A stretch of 20,000 nt of DNA, taken from IMG/VR virus record IMGVR_UViG_3300007900_000103. The stretch is one strand, 5' to 3'. Both the position numbers and the translations under genes were made by a program. Source of the stretch: an uncultured virus (IMG/VR IMGVR_UViG_3300007900_000103) (Duplodnaviria > Heunggongvirae > Uroviricota > Caudoviricetes). A model generated the notes under the pieces. That model saw only the letters and a program-made list of their open reading frames with translations. It was not told the DNA's origin and made no database searches. Positions 15,434 to 20,000 of this stretch are shown here, piece by piece; the first letter of the stretch is position 1, and every line of letters begins with the position of its first letter.

Positions 15434-16513
15434 ATGAAAACAGCGGAGAGGGTTAATCTTGCACTTCAGGTTGGTGCAATAATTATTTTCTGCTTGATGT
15501 TCGCGACGTTCCCAGCGTTCGCTGGAGGCGACGACGACGATTGCAGGCAGGGACACAGACAGTGCGGTCACGATAACGGAGACGGTGGTGGAGACCAAAC
15601 CCAAGGACAACAGCAAGGACAGGCCCAAGGGCAGCAACAAGGGCAAGGCCAGACGCAAAGTCAAACAGCTGAAGCAAGCGCAGCAGCGGCAGCAGCTGCC
15701 AACGCCACCTCCACCTCCACCGCAGATTCGACCTCGACCGCGAGTGGTGGCGCTGGCGGTCAGGGGGGCGCTGGAGGACATGCGGAGAACAGCAATACTG
15801 TCGGAGATACGCAGGCAACTGGAGGAAACGCCGAAGCCGCAGGTGGAAGTGTCGGAGACATCAACGTCAACACCGGAAACAATATCCCAGCCAACACCAC
15901 CCACAAATCAGACATCCGAATAGAGAACACCCCGGATACTGTGACGATCACACCGGGATCAGGTGACAGGTGTAAAGCACACATCGGTGCCAACCTGTCG
16001 ATCCCCGGACTCGGCACAGGTCTGACGATTCCACTACCCGGCAAAGAGTGCCGCAAGCTCAACTACTACGATCGCATGATTGCCATCGGAGACACGAACG
16101 CGGCTGAGATCATCTTCTGCTCACTCAAAGAGGTGAAGACAGAGTTCAGGACACTGGACCTGCCGTGTCGAGAGACGCTCTCCATCCACGTAGACGTGCC
16201 TACTGTCGGTAACGTGCTGCTCTCTGAGGATGAGTACAACGATCTACTGCTGGCTCAGGTTCAGCAGGAAGAGGTTGAGGAACTCGAAGACAGGTACATG
16301 GAGCAGCAGGCGCTCATTGATGACCTGAAGGAAGAGATCGCTGATCACGATCTTGAGCAGGAAGAGATCGACCGACTAAAGCGACAAGCGGCTGAGCTTT
16401 CCGCAGCACAACAGGCTCGTGAAAAAGAGAGAGCTGACTTCCGCGCTATAGCAAAGGCCCGGTTAAAGGCACGTGAAGAGCAGGGGTCAGACGAGGAAGA
16501 CCCGAATGAGTGA
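15434..16513 (+). CDS. secreted protein: signal peptide, Gln/Gly and Ala/Ser/Thr low-complexity region, 4-Cys domain, C-terminal coiled coil
   Basis: AGGAG SD; hydrophobic leader ending AFA; QGQQQGQAQGQQQGQGQ repeats. Confidence 0.85.
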   Translation: MKTAERVNLALQVGAIIIFCLMFATFPAFAGGDDDDCRQGHRQCGHDNGDGGGDQTQGQQQGQAQGQQQGQGQTQSQTAEASAAAAAAANATSTSTADSTSTASGGAGGQGGAGGHAENSNTVGDTQATGGNAEAAGGSVGDINVNTGNNIPANTTHKSDIRIENTPDTVTITPGSGDRCKAHIGANLSIPGLGTGLTIPLPGKECRKLNYYDRMIAIGDTNAAEIIFCSLKEVKTEFRTLDLPCRETLSIHVDVPTVGNVLLSEDEYNDLLLAQVQQEEVEELEDRYMEQQALIDDLKEEIADHDLEQEEIDRLKRQAAELSAAQQAREKERADFRAIAKARLKAREEQGSDEEDPNE

Positions 16514-16817
16514 CGACAAGGCAGAAGCGGTAGATAAGCTGGCAGACATCATCAAGATAATGATTCGTGGTTGGCCTATCTACGGTGTTGTGGTTGGACT
16601 GATGTGGGGCTACGGCGAACTGTGGCTCGACAAGAAGATCAGTGACGCGATCGAGGCTGAGACGCTGAAGCAACCAGCACTGGTGACGCTCACAGGCGCT
16701 GTGCAGACAAACACCGGAGCAATCACCCGTGTCGAGGGTGCGGTTGGTGAGGTCAAGAGAGAGGTTGAGGTTGTCGAGGAAGACACCAAGGCAATACTGA
16801 GGATGATGGCAGAGTGA
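16506..16817 (+). CDS. membrane-anchored coiled-coil protein
   Basis: GAGGA SD, TM segment GWPIYGVVVGLMWGYG, heptad C-terminus. Confidence 0.75.
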   Translation: MSDDKAEAVDKLADIIKIMIRGWPIYGVVVGLMWGYGELWLDKKISDAIEAETLKQPALVTLTGAVQTNTGAITRVEGAVGEVKREVEVVEEDTKAILRMMAE

Positions 16818-17218
16818 GCGAAGTCACAGACATCAGGAAGCCTGACCGCATTTGCATGGACTGTGGCAAGACGTTCATGGAGACGCACTCAGGCAACCCT
16901 GACACGGTGAATGAGGACGAGGTATGCCCACGGTGCTCCAGTGTCAATCACATCGAGTACGTGGAGGCTGAGCATCAGGACATTGAGATAGAGGTGCCAG
17001 ACAACTACAGGCACCCACTCGAAGACAAAGCACGAGAACTGTTCGACAGGGTGACAGCCCTGACAGGATGGCGAGAAGCAAAAGTTCGGCTGTGGTTCCA
17101 ATTGCAGAACCCACTACTCGGCAACGTCAGCCCTGAGTGGATGCTGCTGAACGGTAAGGCTGACAGACTGGAGCGTTTTATTTCCGAAGCAGAGGTACTG
17201 CGAGATGAGCATACATGA
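16814..17218 (+). CDS. Zn-ribbon + Xre/MbcA/ParS-type antitoxin C-terminal domain (DUF2384-like)
   Basis: CMDC...CPRC; KVRLWFQLQNPLLGNVSPEWML...G matches W-x4-NP-x-LG-x3-P-x2-LL antitoxin pattern. Confidence 0.7.
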   Translation: MSEVTDIRKPDRICMDCGKTFMETHSGNPDTVNEDEVCPRCSSVNHIEYVEAEHQDIEIEVPDNYRHPLEDKARELFDRVTALTGWREAKVRLWFQLQNPLLGNVSPEWMLLNGKADRLERFISEAEVLRDEHT

Positions 17219-17357
17219 GTACATTGATTTCACCCTGAAGCTAATTGGCATAGCAGCAGGGACTTACTTCTGGCTGGCTTACCTGACATGGGAGCTGACC
17301 TACTACCAGCGCAAGGACGACAAGAACCTGCGGTGGTGGGAGAAGCCTCGTGGCTGA
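17205..17357 (+). CDS. 50-aa membrane peptide (MSIHEYIDFTLKLIGIAAGTYFWLAYLTWE...), absent from ORF track
   Basis: GAGGT SD; overlaps both neighbours; one TM helix. Confidence 0.7.
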   Translation: MSIHEYIDFTLKLIGIAAGTYFWLAYLTWELTYYQRKDDKNLRWWEKPRG

Positions 17358-17613
17358 GAACCCAGACAACAAAGATTACATCGGTCTTGGTATACAGCAG
17401 ATGATGGTCGTCAAGGACGCTGAGACAGGCGAAGAGGTAGGACTAAAGATGGAGCAGCGCTTTCTGGTTCCGCAGCAGGGGATGCTGCGCTTCGTGGAGA
17501 AGGAAATAGACAACCACGGCACACCAGCCCTTGCACGTGTTCTCCAGCAGTACCAGTGGTCCTCTGAGCAGGGTCAGTTCGACTGGTACGACATCCCATT
17601 GGTGGAGCTATGA
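17350..17613 (+). CDS. hypothetical phage protein
   Basis: GGGAG SD; LRFV...LQQ...W-x-DIP pattern. Confidence 0.75.
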   Translation: MAENPDNKDYIGLGIQQMMVVKDAETGEEVGLKMEQRFLVPQQGMLRFVEKEIDNHGTPALARVLQQYQWSSEQGQFDWYDIPLVEL

Positions 17614-18038
17614 AATACCGTAAGAAGCCAGTGGTGGTTGATGCGATGCAGCTGCCAGCTGATGGAGCTGATGCCAGCGATGAGCTACTCACCTTCCTGC
17701 ACGAGATGGGTGAGAACTGGAGCAGTGAGCGTGATGGCTCTATAGCGATCCATGACACTTTCGAGGGCGTGATGGTGGCAGACCCCGGTGACTGGATCAT
17801 TAGGGGCGTGAAGGGTGAGTATTATCCTTGCAAGCCAGACATCTTCGAGAAGAGCTACGACATGGCATGGGAAGCCACCATGACGCATGAGCGCTGGACA
17901 GAGGTGGAGAAGAACCAAGAGCTGAAGCTGACTGCTCAGGAGATCGCAGACGGCTGGCACTTCTGTCCTGAGTGGGACGGTCTGCTGGTCAACAGCAACG
18001 ACGAGGAAGGCGAGGGTGCTGCCTGTATCTGCTCATGA
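17610..18038 (+). CDS. conserved phage protein (YRKKPVVV...PGDWIIRGVKGEYYPCKPDIF family) with C-terminal extension
   Basis: Widely seen phage motif; ATGA overlap. Confidence 0.88.
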   Translation: MKYRKKPVVVDAMQLPADGADASDELLTFLHEMGENWSSERDGSIAIHDTFEGVMVADPGDWIIRGVKGEYYPCKPDIFEKSYDMAWEATMTHERWTEVEKNQELKLTAQEIADGWHFCPEWDGLLVNSNDEEGEGAACICS

Positions 18039-18508
18039 ACAGACGTGACTTACTGAAGGGATTGATGGCTGGTGGCGTGATCGTCGCTGGTGAGCTGTGG
18101 ATACCCGGCAATAAGCTGATCTCGATACCCACTGGCAAGGTGTTCACTGGTGTTGATCTGGCACTGAAGGGAGAGGTTGCCACGATTCAGGTCATGGAGG
18201 TGATGCCGGGTGACAGGGTGCGCGTGCTGGTTAATTACGACGATGGTCCTGACCCAGTGGAATATATCGTCGGTGAAGTCATGGGGAATGAGGTAAAAAT
18301 AGAGGTGCCACTGCGAGATGAATTCAAGGCTGACGTTGAGGTGATCCATGTCAGACCGGGAGACCTATACACACGTTTTGTTACTGGAGAGATGAATCCC
18401 AGTGGCCTTGAGCATCAGGCGATCATTCAGGCCAACAAGAGCGTTGGATGCAGACCAGTAACTCCCCGCTATGAGCGCCCAGAGTATGTGTTCGAGGACC
18501 TGTCGTGA
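18035..18508 (+). CDS. protein with twin-arginine (Tat)-like N-terminal signal
   Basis: MNRRDLLKGLMAGGVIVAG; ATGA overlap with upstream gene. Confidence 0.7.
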   Translation: MNRRDLLKGLMAGGVIVAGELWIPGNKLISIPTGKVFTGVDLALKGEVATIQVMEVMPGDRVRVLVNYDDGPDPVEYIVGEVMGNEVKIEVPLRDEFKADVEVIHVRPGDLYTRFVTGEMNPSGLEHQAIIQANKSVGCRPVTPRYERPEYVFEDLS

Positions 18509-18891
18509 AAGAGCTACACCTGACAAAGAAGGACTTCAAGCTGGAGTGGTACTCCGGGGAGGGTAAGGGTGGACAACATCGAAACAAGCACGAGAATTGC
18601 TGCCGCATTACACACATTGCCACTGGGATTTGTGCAGTCGGCACTGCAAGTAAGAGCCGAGTCAGCAATCAAAAATCTGCATTCAATCATCTCGTCGCCA
18701 GACTGCTGGACCATTACGGAGACGGACCTAAGCCGCGTGGCGAGGATGGTGAGCGAGTGCGAACGTACCACGCAGAGCGCAACGAAGTGCTTGATCACAG
18801 TTCGGGGAGGACGATGCGGTACAGCGACGTAGTGGTCAAAGGCAACATCGGACCCATGATCGAGGCACGCAGGGAGAGCTGTAATGAGTGA
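18505..18891 (+). CDS. peptide chain release factor-like protein (RF-1/GGQ domain; PrfH/ArfB-like)
   Basis: SGEGKGGQHRNKHENCCRITHIATGI...SRVSNQKSAF...RVRTYH...VLDH. Confidence 0.9.
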   Translation: MKELHLTKKDFKLEWYSGEGKGGQHRNKHENCCRITHIATGICAVGTASKSRVSNQKSAFNHLVARLLDHYGDGPKPRGEDGERVRTYHAERNEVLDHSSGRTMRYSDVVVKGNIGPMIEARRESCNE

Positions 18892-19084
18892 CACACCACT
18901 GAAGGACCCAACCGTCAAGCAGAGTGGCTTCGAGCCACTGGATGGAGTGTGGGAGCCGCTATGTACACACCATGAGCACAATGCTCCAACACACCTCGTG
19001 GTGCCACCGGGTCAGCAGTACAGGCACGTATGTCCGAAGTGCGGCAACGAGCAGGTGATCAGACCAGTGATGGTGGCGTTTTGA
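18884..19084 (+). CDS. small Cys/His Zn-binding protein
   Basis: CTHHEH...HVCPKCG; GGGAG SD. Confidence 0.75.
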   Translation: MSDTPLKDPTVKQSGFEPLDGVWEPLCTHHEHNAPTHLVVPPGQQYRHVCPKCGNEQVIRPVMVAF

Positions 19085-19677
19085 TCTACTGTATCGACTT
19101 TGATGGCACGATCGTAGAGCACGAGTACCCGAAGATCGGTGCTCCAGTGCCCCATGCGATCGAGTGCCTGAAAGCCCTGACTGATAGCGGCTGCTACATC
19201 ATCCTGTGGACTATGCGTAGTGGGGAGTTCCTGAATGACGCAGTTGAGTATCTGGAGAAGCACGAGATACCGCTGTGGGGCATCAACAAGAACCCTGAGC
19301 AGGACTGGTCCACCTCACCCAAAGCGTATGCCCAGAGGTACATTGATGACGCTGCCATGGGGTGCCCACTGGTGTACCCACCGATAGTGACAGACTCGTG
19401 TGAGACCACCCCGATACGACGACCCTACGTGGATTGGCCTGCACTGTTCCCAGAACTGTGCAACGTGACTTATGTGGATGAGATCATCGGCACCAACGCC
19501 TACATCGACGGAGAGTTACAGCCCAAGATGGAGGGCATGACATACAAGACTGTCTGCTGCCACAAGCACGCCACAGTGTGGGAGACGTTCTCAAGGATGA
19601 TTGTCTGTGCTGACTGTGGCGACAAGCGATGCCCCAAGGCACTGGACTGTCAAGAAGGCAGGTGCATGAATGAGTGA
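19081..19677 (+). CDS. HAD-superfamily hydrolase (BT0820-like) with Cys-rich C-terminal extension
   Basis: IDFDGTIVEH motif I, LWTMR motif II, K...YIDD motifs III/IV; TTGA overlap. Confidence 0.9.
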   Translation: MIYCIDFDGTIVEHEYPKIGAPVPHAIECLKALTDSGCYIILWTMRSGEFLNDAVEYLEKHEIPLWGINKNPEQDWSTSPKAYAQRYIDDAAMGCPLVYPPIVTDSCETTPIRRPYVDWPALFPELCNVTYVDEIIGTNAYIDGELQPKMEGMTYKTVCCHKHATVWETFSRMIVCADCGDKRCPKALDCQEGRCMNE

Positions 19678-20000
19678 CCTCATTCAACGATTGCGGGATG
19701 GCACCGTATCTGGGGCTATGGATTTGAGTCGCTTAATGCTGAAAGCCGCCGACGAAATCGAGCGCCTGACTGCCGACAATAAGTGGGCCGGGGAGCAACT
19801 TATCAAATCTGGTGAGGTTTACAGAGCAGAGATCGAGCGCCTGAGCGCTTTAGTGGCCTTGCAGAGAAAAGATATGAAGCAAGCTATGGACGATAACCAG
19901 CGCCTAGAGGACGCAATGCGTCAAATACAGGCCACTACCAGCGATAAGGCGGTTCAGAGCATCACAGACGAAGCATTGTGTTTTATCACAGAGCAGGAGG
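19670..20000 (+). CDS. partial coiled-coil phage protein (MSDLIQRLR...AADEIERL)
   Basis: ATG 19670 overlapping HAD gene end; open to window edge. Confidence 0.75.
   Translation, partial: MSDLIQRLRDGTVSGAMDLSRLMLKAADEIERLTADNKWAGEQLIKSGEVYRAEIERLSALVALQRKDMKQAMDDNQRLEDAMRQIQATTSDKAVQSITDEALCFITEQE

Noticed and set aside
18505..18891. Stop-codon reassignment suggested by a release-factor gene
   Set aside because: Genes read intact in the standard code with TAA, TAG and TGA all used as stops; no suppressor tRNA; protein lacks a codon-recognition domain.

Overview
A 20-kb segment of a tailed dsDNA (Caudoviricetes-like) phage or prophage; the SSB and sigma70-type promoters suggest a proteobacterial host (inference). 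It has four alternating transcription blocks. (1) Leftward 1-4038: recombination module (YqaJ exonuclease, RecT-like annealing protein with a Lys-rich tail, SSB) plus small hypotheticals. (2) Rightward 4170-8417: Cro/XRE-like HTH gene, a ~370-nt highly structured intergenic region, an SF2 helicase with a Zn finger, and a nin-like run of nucleases (PD-(D/E)XK-like, Ref-like, DUF1064). (3) Leftward 8720-13609: probable early operon opening with tRNA-Leu(CAA) and tRNA-Leu(UAA) embedded in structured non-coding RNA, then a HExxH protein, an acidic protein, an HTH protein and a DUF932 protein. (4) Rightward from 13679: terminase small subunit followed by accessory genes instead of terL, including a secreted Gln/Gly-rich protein, a Zn-ribbon + Xre/MbcA/ParS-type antitoxin domain, a Tat-signal protein, a GGQ release-factor-like protein and a HAD hydrolase. 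The most striking unexplained signals are non-coding: a four-block sequence motif present twice (between the tRNAs and between tandem terminators about 4.8 kb away), and a probable antisense-RNA/structured-leader unit upstream of the helicase. All family calls come from motif recognition by eye, not database searches.
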